Positions 1 to 9,522 of a stretch of DNA of 54,336 nt are shown in pieces. The stretch is taken from the IMG/VR virus record IMGVR_UViG_3300017788_000031, positions 1 through 54,336 of that record; one strand, 5' to 3'. The notes under the pieces are model-generated. The model did no database searches. It saw only the letters and a list, made by a program, of their open reading frames with translations, and was not told where the DNA came from. Each line of letters starts with the position of its first letter. The first letter of the stretch is position 1. Both the position numbers and the translations under genes were made by a program. The stretch comes from a virus (taxonomy: Duplodnaviria > Caudoviricetes).

Positions 1-3000
1 CTTTGGAACAAAACCAAGTTAGATTGCAGCGGACCCACAAAAGCGCCTAACTGATATCTGTACTCAGCGTGTATTGTTTTTGCTGCATCTGTGTTAGTAG
101 TCAACACTACCTCTATTACCGTCAGCTCCTCAGGTATTGGACACTCTGCTGTAACATTTAAAACAACATCATCAAGCACACTGATTGTTACGGTTGCTGT
201 ATTGATGGTGTTCGATGACTTAAAGAACGACAATGAGCCTGAAGTGGTAACTACTCCTGATGTATAGGTAACACTATCGTATGTAACCTCTATCTCAAAT
301 GAGCCAAGAGCACTAATGGAGCTAACGGTCCAAGACACTGTTGAATTGCCAACCGCCATACCAAGGTCTACGCAATACTCAGATACATTTTTTGCCAATG
401 GGTCAGGGTTCGATAACGTAAATGTCTGACTCACATTGCAGTCAAGGCATTGTGGTTCACCCGGAAGTTCTCTGTCTGTCACACACAGAACATATTCGTT
501 CATATACGGGTCAAAGGCTCCAAGCATTTGATTGTTTGGATGTGCAATGAAAGTATCCCTAAACCACGTCCTCATATTAGATTCAGACACTACAGTCAAT
601 TGCTCTGATGGAGAGTTTCCCCTGAGCATAATGACAGCTCCTCTCTTTACATCTGTAAAGTACTTATCATATCCCCATTGAATATAGCTTTCAGGATTAG
701 AACTGATTCCATACTTATCAATACGAGCAATCTGAGTTCCAAGGACTTCAGGTATAGAGGATATGACACCACCACCCGTAGAGTCAGACAGTAAGTTCTT
801 GCCTGCTAATACGTATGAGATTTTATCCTCTTGTAAAGTGAGAACATCCGTCTCGCGTCCATCCATTTTCTGAATAGGACCAAACGATGTCTCTAAGTTT
901 TTATAGTTCAGTAAGCCTAAATTAAACTCGTTGAGTTTGTTTACATTGTTCTCTTGATTGTATACACCGCTATAGGTGATGTCCGCAAATCTATGAGCTT
1001 CTTTATAATCTTGAGCCGATACAGTAGTGACACGGTTACCCAAGTTAAATGTTCTTCCAACTATTGAGTCTCTTATCTTATAACTCTCAGCCCCGTTACC
1101 AAAACAGAAACAGTTGTAAAAACCTGTTTGAAAATACCCCGGTATTCCAAGGGCAATGTTTTGGTCTATGTCTCCAACGGCTCCATTTGTCAAATGGTTT
1201 CCCGTAAGAGTATCTATAGGGAATGATAAGTCATTTTCAAAAAACACATCAGGCAATGTGTCGCTTGGTATCGTTTCAAATATTAATGTATTTACGGAGC
1301 GAATAGTTGTAATCTTTGCTGTTATAGAAGAAGCTCTGTTGTCAAATTGATTTTGACCCGCACATCTATTTGTCCCGGTGATTGATAGTTGAAGTTGATT
1401 TGATGTTGGCCTTCTTACAAACTGAAGATAGTTAGTGCATCCCGCAACGGTAAAGTCATAGTAGGTGGGAGTATCATTTAATATTATGGTCGGAATAAAT
1501 TGATTGTCAATAGCACAATTCCCCGAACCTCCTACTGTAGATGTTCCACTATTTAAAACGGCCTGAACATTATCACCAACAAACCATTCGTACATATTGT
1601 TATATGTCGCTGAAGAAACAAGTGTTACATCTAAATTGTAAACTCTTCGCTCACAATTATTATTTCCATCTCCTGTCCCTTTACGCTCCCATTTTATTTC
1701 TATCCGAATCCTACTTCCTGCGGGAACTGTATAGTCAATGAAATTACCCGGTGAAGAAGGGTCAGGAATATTCATATCATATAATAAAATAGGCGAAAAT
1801 CCGGGAGACCCCTCAGTCTCAGTAATTGAACCCGGAGCTATGATTGAATTTCCTTCTTGAAATACTTGAAAATTGTTTGGGTTTATTTTCATATAGACTC
1901 CCGCAGGCGGAGAGACTCCTGTAGACGGAGTAATAAATCCCGCGCTTTTTGCTCTTTTTTCAAGAACAGTCGTATACACGCAAGATGTTACAGGTCCATT
2001 CGTATCCGTTTTGACAATAAGTCTATCTCCTTCTTCAACCTTTCTTGCATTTTCTCCTTCAAGTAAAAAATATGCTGAGTTAGTTATTGGGTCAATAAAA
2101 AATAAATTAGTGTATACAGTCTCATATCCCGCTGTATCAGCCTTACAAACAAATTTGAATTTTGTAGCCCAAGCGGGAGCTACTTGAGATGTAGGTATAG
2201 ATACCGATATTGAGTTTTTAGTTGATGAGTTTCCACAAAAAATATGCTCTGTGTTATAAGGGCTAACTAATGCTGTGGTTGACCTATTAAAGTCATCCAT
2301 ATATACTATGCCTATCTCATAACCTCGATTACTATGAAGACTTTTAGGCGATGCTATTTTTTGATAGATAGCTTCAGTAAATGTGACCCTGTAGTACTCG
2401 TATAATGTTTGAGTAGTAATCAAAGGGTCATCTACATATTGCATAGCTATCATCTGAAAACCTATCACATCACTTCCGGGTGATGTTATAATTGATATTG
2501 GTTGACCAACGCCTGTTATACCGCTTGCAACTTTTATTACAAGACCTGTTGAATTTGCGGTAGTCAAAGAGTATGGCAATGCACAATTGACTTGGTCTGT
2601 TAATGTAGTACCATCACAAGATGTTTCAGCTCCAACGATAGGAGAATATACAGGGAGTATTGTTGATGCCGTCCCAACTATTCCTTGGAACTCAACACTC
2701 GTTGCCATATCATAAACAGATGAATATGAAACAGGTAATACAAATGAAAGAGTAAACTCAATTTCTTGTGTTTGTTGACTTGGGAATGGAGTCTGCCCAT
2801 CAAAATATTCGTGTTCAATTCTAAAATCTAAAGAGAACGAAGCTCCTGCAACAAGGTCAACACCTGCTAAATCTATAGTCGCTATAGAGTCTGATATTGT
2901 ACCCGGAATATTAATGGTATATGTGCCATCATCTGTTCCGCTGCCTATACTTTGAAAACCGACTAACTCAGTGACAAGAGATGTTTGATATTCAAGTCTT

Positions 3001-4106
3001 GTGGGATTTCCATTCGCATCAATTAAGTCATATCCCTCAATGTAGTTTCCATACATTAAACGATTACCCATAATAGTCTGAGCCTTTGCGAAGCGAGGCA
3101 CATTGTCATAAAGTCTAAGCAATTCACTCTCAGGAAGGACAGTAAATATTTTGCTGTTATCAAAAGTGAATGATTGAAAGCTAAAGTTTGGTATTCCTAA
3201 TTCTGACTTATCAAGCTTTTCAATAATCTTAATGATGTTCTTATCTGCTTCCTTAAACAAAAGGTCAATGCCAACTACAAGTGGGCCTCCTGAAAAATAC
3301 GTAACCGCAACAACATTGCAAGAATTAGTCATCCCATCATTTAGATAGCTTGTATTATCAAACTCAAACTGATTGGGGATAAATGCAGGTTCAGACCATT
3401 GAGAGGTTGCTGAGTACTCACCGTCAGCATAACGATACCGATAAGCAAAGCAAATAAATCTATCCTCAAGATAGTTGTTGTTACCGCCTACATTGAATGG
3501 AGCAATTGTAGGAGCTTCTGTAGGTGGCTTCTTTATAACAAGGAGGGACTCTTCTAATCTTGGAGGAACACCGCCAAAGTCAATAAATCCTGCGGTTGGA
3601 TTTGCGTATCCCCTTCGAATGTTTATGAAGCGTGGTGCATTGTAGTTGTCCGTAAAGAACAATAAGTCATTAACCAAGTCTATTCCCGTTATAAGATAGC
3701 TTGGATTAAAGTTAAGGGTAGTGTTTATACCATTACCATCATTAATGCTAATGACGTGATACGTCAGTATGTTCGTAAGAACATTAAAGGAAACAATCAA
3801 GTCAAGCTTGCCTGTTGGACCAACAGGGGAGTTAGGGTCGTGAACAAACCAATAAAGAGTTTCATTCGCGCTATCATCAATAGCACCTATGCATACGGCA
3901 TCAATACTCAGCGGAGTTCCATCAAGATAGGCAAGAGCGGTCAACGCTACATTGCCTTTAGTGTTTTCAATTACACCTATCTCAGAGTTTTCAGTAGAAC
4001 CCATTCTGATGTTTACAGCATCAATGTATTCTCCATCAGGAACAAGTCGTTCATCAACGACTTTGTTCATTCTGCCTCTTATGAAATTCCTTGTAAAGTT
4101 TGCCAT
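1..4106 (-). CDS. Large tail protein (stabilisation/nozzle-like), truncated by left window edge, >1368 aa; not in ORF track
   Basis: Starts MANFTRNFIRGRMNKVVDERLVPDGEYIDAVNIR at 4106. Same frame reads QMLGAFDPYMNEYVL near 530 and is still open at position 1 (spot-checked, not every codon). Follows the ring-protein genes. Confidence 0.8.
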   Translation of the reverse strand, partial: MANFTRNFIRGRMNKVVDERLVPDGEYIDAVNIRMGSTENSEIGVIENTKGNVALTALAYLDGTPLSIDAVCIGAIDDSANETLYWFVHDPNSPVGPTGKLDLIVSFNVLTNILTYHVISINDGNGINTTLNFNPSYLITGIDLVNDLLFFTDNYNAPRFINIRRGYANPTAGFIDFGGVPPRLEESLLVIKKPPTEAPTIAPFNVGGNNNYLEDRFICFAYRYRYADGEYSATSQWSEPAFIPNQFEFDNTSYLNDGMTNSCNVVAVTYFSGGPLVVGIDLLFKEADKNIIKIIEKLDKSELGIPNFSFQSFTFDNSKIFTVLPESELLRLYDNVPRFAKAQTIMGNRLMYGNYIEGYDLIDANGNPTRLEYQTSLVTELVGFQSIGSGTDDGTYTINIPGTISDSIATIDLAGVDLVAGASFSLDFRIEHEYFDGQTPFPSQQTQEIEFTLSFVLPVSYSSVYDMATSVEFQGIVGTASTILPVYSPIVGAETSCDGTTLTDQVNCALPYSLTTANSTGLVIKVASGITGVGQPISIITSPGSDVIGFQMIAMQYVDDPLITTQTLYEYYRVTFTEAIYQKIASPKSLHSNRGYEIGIVYMDDFNRSTTALVSPYNTEHIFCGNSSTKNSISVSIPTSQVAPAWATKFKFVCKADTAGYETVYTNLFFIDPITNSAYFLLEGENARKVEEGDRLIVKTDTNGPVTSCVYTTVLEKRAKSAGFITPSTGVSPPAGVYMKINPNNFQVFQEGNSIIAPGSITETEGSPGFSPILLYDMNIPDPSSPGNFIDYTVPAGSRIRIEIKWERKGTGDGNNNCERRVYNLDVTLVSSATYNNMYEWFVGDNVQAVLNSGTSTVGGSGNCAIDNQFIPTIILNDTPTYYDFTVAGCTNYLQFVRRPTSNQLQLSITGTNRCAGQNQFDNRASSITAKITTIRSVNTLIFETIPSDTLPDVFFENDLSFPIDTLTGNHLTNGAVGDIDQNIALGIPGYFQTGFYNCFCFGNGAESYKIRDSIVGRTFNLGNRVTTVSAQDYKEAHRFADITYSGVYNQENNVNKLNEFNLGLLNYKNLETSFGPIQKMDGRETDVLTLQEDKISYVLAGKNLLSDSTGGGVISSIPEVLGTQIARIDKYGISSNPESYIQWGYDKYFTDVKRGAVIMLRGNSPSEQLTVVSESNMRTWFRDTFIAHPNNQMLGAFDPYMNEYVLCVTDRELPGEPQCLDCNVSQTFTLSNPDPLAKNVSEYCVDLGMAVGNSTVSWTVSSISALGSFEIEVTYDSVTYTSGVVTTSGSLSFFKSSNTINTATVTISVLDDVVLNVTAECPIPEELTVIEVVLTTNTDAAKTIHAEYRYQLGAFVGPLQSNLVLFQ

Positions 4107-4107
4107 A

Positions 4108-5031
4108 TTATTTGATTGTCTTATCCATACCACGTAGGTTCATCAGCAGTCGTCCGGGGTGGATATTACTTATTCTGATTTTTGCGTTTCGGAGAAGTGC
4201 TGCCTTTTCTTTTCGAGCACGTGTTATCACATATTCCTGAACCCCAAACTTAGAGTTCAAAATCTCATACTTGATAGCCGCGTAGATATAATGCTCAAAC
4301 AACTTATTGACCGTAACCAATGAGTTGTCTCCGTTCTCCATACCATCAGACACGTACTCAAGGATGCATAACTCGTTGACCATACTTGAATCAAAGTTTA
4401 TTACGCCTGCCTTCTTGTCTATATTGAAGGTAGGGTTGAAGTTTGCTGTCTCAGTATTCAATCCAAATGCAGCGCCAATAGCATAGTCAAAGTACCAAGC
4501 ACCATCAACACACCAACCCATTTGTCCATTGAACTGATTACCTTGATTCAGATAAATGCTCTTCTTGAGATTATTCAATCTGTCGTAGTCAATGTTTGAG
4601 TCTTGCGGTTTTAGTATGTTGCCATTGATGTCAAATAGAATCTTACCTTGGTTGTCTTGAAGATATGCACTCGATGATAGCGTCTGTATATTCTCACTTA
4701 ATGGACGCAGATATCCGTCTTTGTAAAGGGATATACGAACCCAATTGACATAGTCAGACGGAAGGATGAACTTTAAGTTTTCAGCGACAGTCAACTCTAA
4801 CACTTTGATTTCTTTGAACGCATCGTAGTTGAGTTCTTGTATCGCTCTTTTAGCGTGAAAAAGAATTTTGTATCGCTCCTCATTGTTTACAAGAGAGTGA
4901 TTCCCTGAGTACATCAATATAAAATTGGTGACGATATCTTGGAGGCTAACATATTGATAGCTTCCCCAATTAGCGTCTTCAGGTATATTCCCGTTGTTTT
5001 CGTAGTATTGATATTGAGATATGTAAGCCAT
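4108..5031 (-). CDS. Virion structural protein, probable tail ring/tubular protein
   Basis: 307-aa ORF between capsid and tail genes; synteny. Confidence 0.6.
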   Translation of the reverse strand: MAYISQYQYYENNGNIPEDANWGSYQYVSLQDIVTNFILMYSGNHSLVNNEERYKILFHAKRAIQELNYDAFKEIKVLELTVAENLKFILPSDYVNWVRISLYKDGYLRPLSENIQTLSSSAYLQDNQGKILFDINGNILKPQDSNIDYDRLNNLKKSIYLNQGNQFNGQMGWCVDGAWYFDYAIGAAFGLNTETANFNPTFNIDKKAGVINFDSSMVNELCILEYVSDGMENGDNSLVTVNKLFEHYIYAAIKYEILNSKFGVQEYVITRARKEKAALLRNAKIRISNIHPGRLLMNLRGMDKTIK

Positions 5032-5033
5032 TA

Positions 5034-5041
5034 CAAAGTTA
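5034..5041 (-). promoter_or_regulatory. Bacteroidota-type -7 promoter element TAACTTTG
   Basis: Matches TAnnTTTG; lies 2 nt before the ATG at 5031. Confidence 0.5.
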
Positions 5042-5056
5042 TTTGTTCACGATTAA

Positions 5057-6010
5057 TTATGCGTTGTCCTTCTGCTCTTTAGCCATAGCATACTGAACAA
5101 CTTGAGTCTCACGTATAGATATCCCGCAGTACTGAAGAATTTTTGTAACGAGTTTGTACTCATCTTCAAGTGGCAACTCAAAGTCTTGATAGTCGGGTTG
5201 TGTTTGGTCAAAGGCAGGTTCGCCATTAACCAATGTAACAAATGTCCACTTTGGGTCTCGAGGATATCTAAAGTATGAAGCGCGAACTGACCCATACCCT
5301 GTAAGAACCGATGGATATGTGGCCATAAATTCGCTGTTTAATGTATAAGCAGGAAACATTTCAGACGGAGATGTCAATGGAGATATGCTTAACGCTGTTA
5401 TCTTACCATCAGTCACAGGCTCAGCCTCTGATATATTCGTAGAGGAGAATATGCTATAAGGCACAGGTGTTGATGTGAATATGTCCGTGTCTAATAACAA
5501 CTGAGTTTGACCTATAACTGCCAACACCGTAGCATTTAAAAAGGTTACGTTATTTGTGACGATGTCTCCCGCGACAATCCCATCATTGATGAATAATGCA
5601 GATGAATCCTCAAGCTGAAAAGGAACAACCAATGTGTTTGAGGCTTGAGCCTTTAATTGGTTGTAGTAAATGATTCTGCTCAACATATAAGACCTGTCAC
5701 CCGTAGTTATATCTGACGGCATAAAGAACCTATTGGTTAATGTACCCGCATTAGAAAAAACAGGATGCAAGAAATTAAAAGACAAAAAAAGCTCCAACAA
5801 TTCCGTGATAGGCTTCTTCATATCTGCATAGTCAGTCCCTGAAACTCTCTGATTTTCATATACAATATACTTGTTGTAATCACTGAAATAGTCCTCAAAC
5901 AATTCCATCTGCGCTTGCTTTGCGTATAGGTTAAAGTCTGAGGGAGAGATATATCCGTAATTGTTTTTGTTAAGCACGGATAGGACTGTGTTTCTGACTG
6001 AGTTTATCAT
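5057..6010 (-). CDS. Virion structural protein, probable head-tail adaptor/ring protein
   Basis: 317 aa; N-terminus LNKNNYGYISPSDFNLYAKQAQ and C-terminal YFRYPRDPKW...DFELP pattern typical of Bacteroidota phage ring proteins; synteny. Confidence 0.6.
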   Translation of the reverse strand: MINSVRNTVLSVLNKNNYGYISPSDFNLYAKQAQMELFEDYFSDYNKYIVYENQRVSGTDYADMKKPITELLELFLSFNFLHPVFSNAGTLTNRFFMPSDITTGDRSYMLSRIIYYNQLKAQASNTLVVPFQLEDSSALFINDGIVAGDIVTNNVTFLNATVLAVIGQTQLLLDTDIFTSTPVPYSIFSSTNISEAEPVTDGKITALSISPLTSPSEMFPAYTLNSEFMATYPSVLTGYGSVRASYFRYPRDPKWTFVTLVNGEPAFDQTQPDYQDFELPLEDEYKLVTKILQYCGISIRETQVVQYAMAKEQKDNA

Positions 6011-6023
6011 CCCTTCTTTTTTA

Positions 6024-6031
6024 CAAATATA
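6024..6031 (-). promoter_or_regulatory. -7 promoter element TATATTTG
   Basis: TAnnTTTG 13 nt upstream of the ATG at 6010, just after a terminator. Confidence 0.65.
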
Positions 6032-6033
6032 CT

Positions 6034-6063
6034 AAAAAAAGAGAGGGGCACTAAGCCCCTCTC
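6034..6063 (-). terminator. Intrinsic terminator
   Basis: GAGAGGGGC/GCCCCTCTC 9-bp stem followed by T7 on the minus strand. Confidence 0.85.
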
Positions 6064-6111
6064 CCTCATAAACTAATCATCTAATCACAATAACTATAAC
6101 ACACACAAACC

Positions 6112-6855
6112 TTATTTTTCAATCATTGCTTCCAACATTTTCAAAGCGTCAATTCCTTCATCACTTTGTAAAAATGCCTCCGCTGTATCGAAAGGCTCTT
6201 GTCCATATGGGACTGAGCACATCTTCTTTTTATTAGTAGAGGTATTGAACCATATCTCTTTTCCTCCATTCCTTAAAGTTAACAAACTATTCTCAAAGAA
6301 CAATCGAACTCTTGATTGGAATCGAAGCTCAGGGTCATTCAGCGTATCCAAAAATGATTGCGGGTATTGCTTAGCAAAAATCAAAAGGTCTCGCTTTAAT
6401 TCAGCGGTTGAAACTTTTGATGGGTCTTTACCAAAGAATACACGTGTAAGCATTTCAATTTGCTCAATCGTTAATTGACGAGCCTGAATCAATGCATCTA
6501 CTTCAGTGTTTAAGCCTTCTACTTCGGCCATAGCATCTTTTTCATTATCAACCTCTACAAAGACAATCCCATTGTGAGGGTGATAATGCAAGAACTCCTG
6601 TAAGACAGGATTGGTTCTTGGGACACTTAACATTCCATCTTCAAAAACTATTGGTTGCAGAATAGCGTTTCCATCCTGCTCATCCTCAAATGGAGACTTC
6701 TGATTAGAAGCATATCTAAGGACTCGATTAATATTCTTTTCCTCATCAAACCACATCAGTGGAAATCGAGGGTTATTACGTGATGCTAATGTGTATGAAA
6801 GCGGACTACCATTTAGCAATCGGTATACCTTATCGGTAGAGATTTTATTTTTCAT
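6112..6855 (-). CDS. Hypothetical protein downstream of major capsid gene (247 aa, start revised to MKNKIS)
   Basis: The ORF-track upstream extension overlaps a terminator; an A-rich leader precedes the ATG at 6855. Confidence 0.7.
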   Translation of the reverse strand: MKNKISTDKVYRLLNGSPLSYTLASRNNPRFPLMWFDEEKNINRVLRYASNQKSPFEDEQDGNAILQPIVFEDGMLSVPRTNPVLQEFLHYHPHNGIVFVEVDNEKDAMAEVEGLNTEVDALIQARQLTIEQIEMLTRVFFGKDPSKVSTAELKRDLLIFAKQYPQSFLDTLNDPELRFQSRVRLFFENSLLTLRNGGKEIWFNTSTNKKKMCSVPYGQEPFDTAEAFLQSDEGIDALKMLEAMIEK

Positions 6856-6883
6856 AATTGTATTTGATTTGATTTGATTAAGT

Positions 6884-6913
6884 AAAAAGGGGAGTGTCTT
6901 TGAAGACACTCCC
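6884..6913 (-). terminator. Terminator built on the 16-bp palindrome (copy at 6894-6909)
   Basis: Minus strand reads GGGAGTGTCTTCAAAGACACTCCC-CTTTTT just after the capsid stop. Confidence 0.75.
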
Positions 6914-6927
6914 ACTTTTCAAATTGA

Positions 6928-8346
6928 TTATCCGTAACGGAACAGAACAAAGTTGTTTGCACCCAAGGTACATACAGCACGTTCAGAAAGGAAGTTGACT
7001 TCCATTGCATCGAGGTCGCTTGTAGCAGCACCACCCGCAGAACCTGTAATCCAAGTTTTGTATCTGCGGTCTTCAGCCTCAGATGCACGGTAGCGCACGT
7101 GAAGGAATGGACGCTTAGCATTCTTACCCATAATTTGGTCATACACTGAAGTAGAACCCGCAGGGACAAGAATACCTGTTACAGTACCTGTTGCAGTTGC
7201 AGCGGCAGCACTCAATCCACCGCGCATTGTTGGGTCATTCAAATACTTCCAATCAGACTTATAGAAGTCATAACCTCTGCGGAATCCTGTGAATCCAAGG
7301 TTCAACGCCATATTGATGTCGTTGTCAAAGAGACCGAAGGAAGCAGATTGAGAAACACCTGAGCCGTTAAAGCCGTTAAGCGTAGCCAACATATTGTCAA
7401 TGTCGAAGCTAAGCTGACGGTTAACGAATACTACGTTCTCTTCAATTGCACCTTGACGGTCCAAACGCTGAACAATAGTATCCCACTCGGGAAGAGCGGT
7501 TGGTGTACCACCACCCCATACGTTACCACGAGAGTTTACTACGTAGAAGATACCTTCAGAACCTTTGAAACCTGCGGTTGCAGCACCTGAACCTGCGGCA
7601 GCAGGGATTGCTTCAATCATTGCGGTCTCAAGATAGTCCTCGAAACGAAGACGAGTTTCGTGCTCGCTCTTCAAATACCAAAGATATCCTGTAGCGCCAT
7701 TCTCGGTGGTTACTTCAACCCAACCAATCTGAGCCATATCCGAACCATTCACAGAATACTTATCCTTGATGATGATTGGAGAGTTTGAGAAGATTGAATC
7801 TTCGGCTTCCAATGAACCAACCATTCCGTTAGTTCCTTTACGGAACTCAGAACCATAGATAAATACGCTACAAACAGCAGCAGCAGCGAATGCTTGACCT
7901 GCGGCTTCGTAGTAGGCAACAGTGAATGTTGTTGCGGTTGGAACAGCTGTAACGATTGCTTTGTTGAAAACACCTGTGGTGTTGTCTTGAATCATTACGG
8001 TCTGACCTACGCGAACAGCAACATAAGTAACGCCTGCATCAGCAACAGTAACTGTAGCTGTAGCCGCTCCAAGAGCGCCTGCTGATGTACAGTTGATGTA
8101 CTTGATATGTAGACGGCCTTGTTCTGCCCAACGGATTTGGTCAGAGTTTGAAGGCATCTCTGCTCCTACCATACGGAGGAACGATGCGATTGTACGATTA
8201 CCATAACGCTCAAATTCCTTCTCATAAGTATCAGGAAGATACTGATTCAAGAAATCGAAGTTGGTAATATAGTTTGTGGATAAAGCCACTTGTTCTGCTG
8301 CGGGTTGCAGCGCGTACGTGGGGTTTGCTAAAAGACTACCTGCCAT
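6928..8346 (-). CDS. Major capsid protein
   Basis: 472 aa, after portal and scaffold, followed by a terminator; sequence resembles phi38:1-like capsid proteins (recall). Confidence 0.85.
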   Translation of the reverse strand: MAGSLLANPTYALQPAAEQVALSTNYITNFDFLNQYLPDTYEKEFERYGNRTIASFLRMVGAEMPSNSDQIRWAEQGRLHIKYINCTSAGALGAATATVTVADAGVTYVAVRVGQTVMIQDNTTGVFNKAIVTAVPTATTFTVAYYEAAGQAFAAAAVCSVFIYGSEFRKGTNGMVGSLEAEDSIFSNSPIIIKDKYSVNGSDMAQIGWVEVTTENGATGYLWYLKSEHETRLRFEDYLETAMIEAIPAAAGSGAATAGFKGSEGIFYVVNSRGNVWGGGTPTALPEWDTIVQRLDRQGAIEENVVFVNRQLSFDIDNMLATLNGFNGSGVSQSASFGLFDNDINMALNLGFTGFRRGYDFYKSDWKYLNDPTMRGGLSAAAATATGTVTGILVPAGSTSVYDQIMGKNAKRPFLHVRYRASEAEDRRYKTWITGSAGGAATSDLDAMEVNFLSERAVCTLGANNFVLFRYG

Positions 8347-8358
8347 TTTGTTTAATTT

Positions 8359-9474
8359 TTAAATTCGTTTTGCACTACGGATTTTTAGTTTCCTTCCGGA
8401 ATCAGGGTTGACCGCTTTCACCTGAAACCCACTATTCGTTGATGCAACCTCAGGAGCTTTCCGTTCAGACATATTTACATTCTTAATCTTACGGGCAACA
8501 TCGTCAGTTGCATCTGCCAATCCTTGCTCATAGAAGTACTTGGCAAACTTATCGGGGTTCATAGCAATAGCTAACGACCTATGGTAGCCTGCTGCATCTT
8601 TCATCAATCCATTTTCATCCAAGAACCTATTAATAAAGTTCGCAGGAGTTGATTGGATTTTCTTCAACTCAGCAGTGTCTCCGGGAGAATATTTGAACTT
8701 TCGGTCATTTACGTTGAACTCAAAACCTTTGAAATCTCCGCTAAACACCTCGTCCGTTTTTTGGTCAAACCATTGACGCTTACGGTTGTTCTCCTCCTCT
8801 ATGGTTTTCGCTTTGCCTATATACTGCTTGAATGCTTCATACTCTTCTTTATCCTCAGCAGGAATACCAACCGCACTTGACTCAAGGGGTATTTTGTACT
8901 TTTCCTTTTGAGCGTTAAAGAATTTCTTTGCCTCAGCAATAGTTTTCTTTCTATCAATTTTCACCTTTTTAACTCGCGACTCATCATCAAGGTCTTCATC
9001 GTATCTATAATCATCCATCAAAGCCTCAATATCTTCAGCGTCAAGTCCCTCCTGTGTGGAGACAAGGTATTCTTTTAAAAGGACATCTGAATCCATAGAC
9101 TCGTAATCTTTATTCAACTTGATAAAGTCATCGAATCCACGACCTGTTTCCTTTTTAAACTTCATATAAGCTGCCACGTCTTCAGGCATCTGTTCTGCCT
9201 GCTGACGCTCAGCCATCAACTCATCGAAAGAGTTGATTTGCTTATTGTATCTTTTTCCAATATATGAAAGAACGTCTTCTTCTTTCAGCTCGGGCATATC
9301 ATTCGTACCTACTACGGGCGGAGCCTCTGCCCCCTCATCAGCTTGTGCCGATGCTGCTGCTGCCGCATCTGCTGCCGCTTGTTCTGCTTCGTGCTTAGCA
9401 AGCAACTCAGCTTCTTTCTCTGCTACACCCTTGGTGTCTCCTGTGTCAATTACCCTTACCTCTTTAAATTGCAT
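8359..9474 (-). CDS. Capsid scaffolding protein
   Basis: Acidic and coiled-coil rich, 371 aa, between portal and capsid genes. Confidence 0.65.
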   Translation of the reverse strand: MQFKEVRVIDTGDTKGVAEKEAELLAKHEAEQAAADAAAAASAQADEGAEAPPVVGTNDMPELKEEDVLSYIGKRYNKQINSFDELMAERQQAEQMPEDVAAYMKFKKETGRGFDDFIKLNKDYESMDSDVLLKEYLVSTQEGLDAEDIEALMDDYRYDEDLDDESRVKKVKIDRKKTIAEAKKFFNAQKEKYKIPLESSAVGIPAEDKEEYEAFKQYIGKAKTIEEENNRKRQWFDQKTDEVFSGDFKGFEFNVNDRKFKYSPGDTAELKKIQSTPANFINRFLDENGLMKDAAGYHRSLAIAMNPDKFAKYFYEQGLADATDDVARKIKNVNMSERKAPEVASTNSGFQVKAVNPDSGRKLKIRSAKRI

Positions 9475-9495
9475 TAGATTAAATTTTATTGGTTA

Positions 9496-9503
9496 CAAAC
9501 TTA
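9496..9503 (-). promoter_or_regulatory. -7 promoter element TAAGTTTG
   Basis: TAnnTTTG in the portal-scaffold gap. Confidence 0.6.
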
Positions 9504-9522
9504 CAACAAATTTTTGAATGTT

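Noticed and set aside
1156-4137. Short plus-strand ORFs listed in the track
   Set aside because: They are antisense shadows of the large minus-strand tail gene. The same applies to most opposite-strand ORFs over portal, terL, primase and the giant gene.
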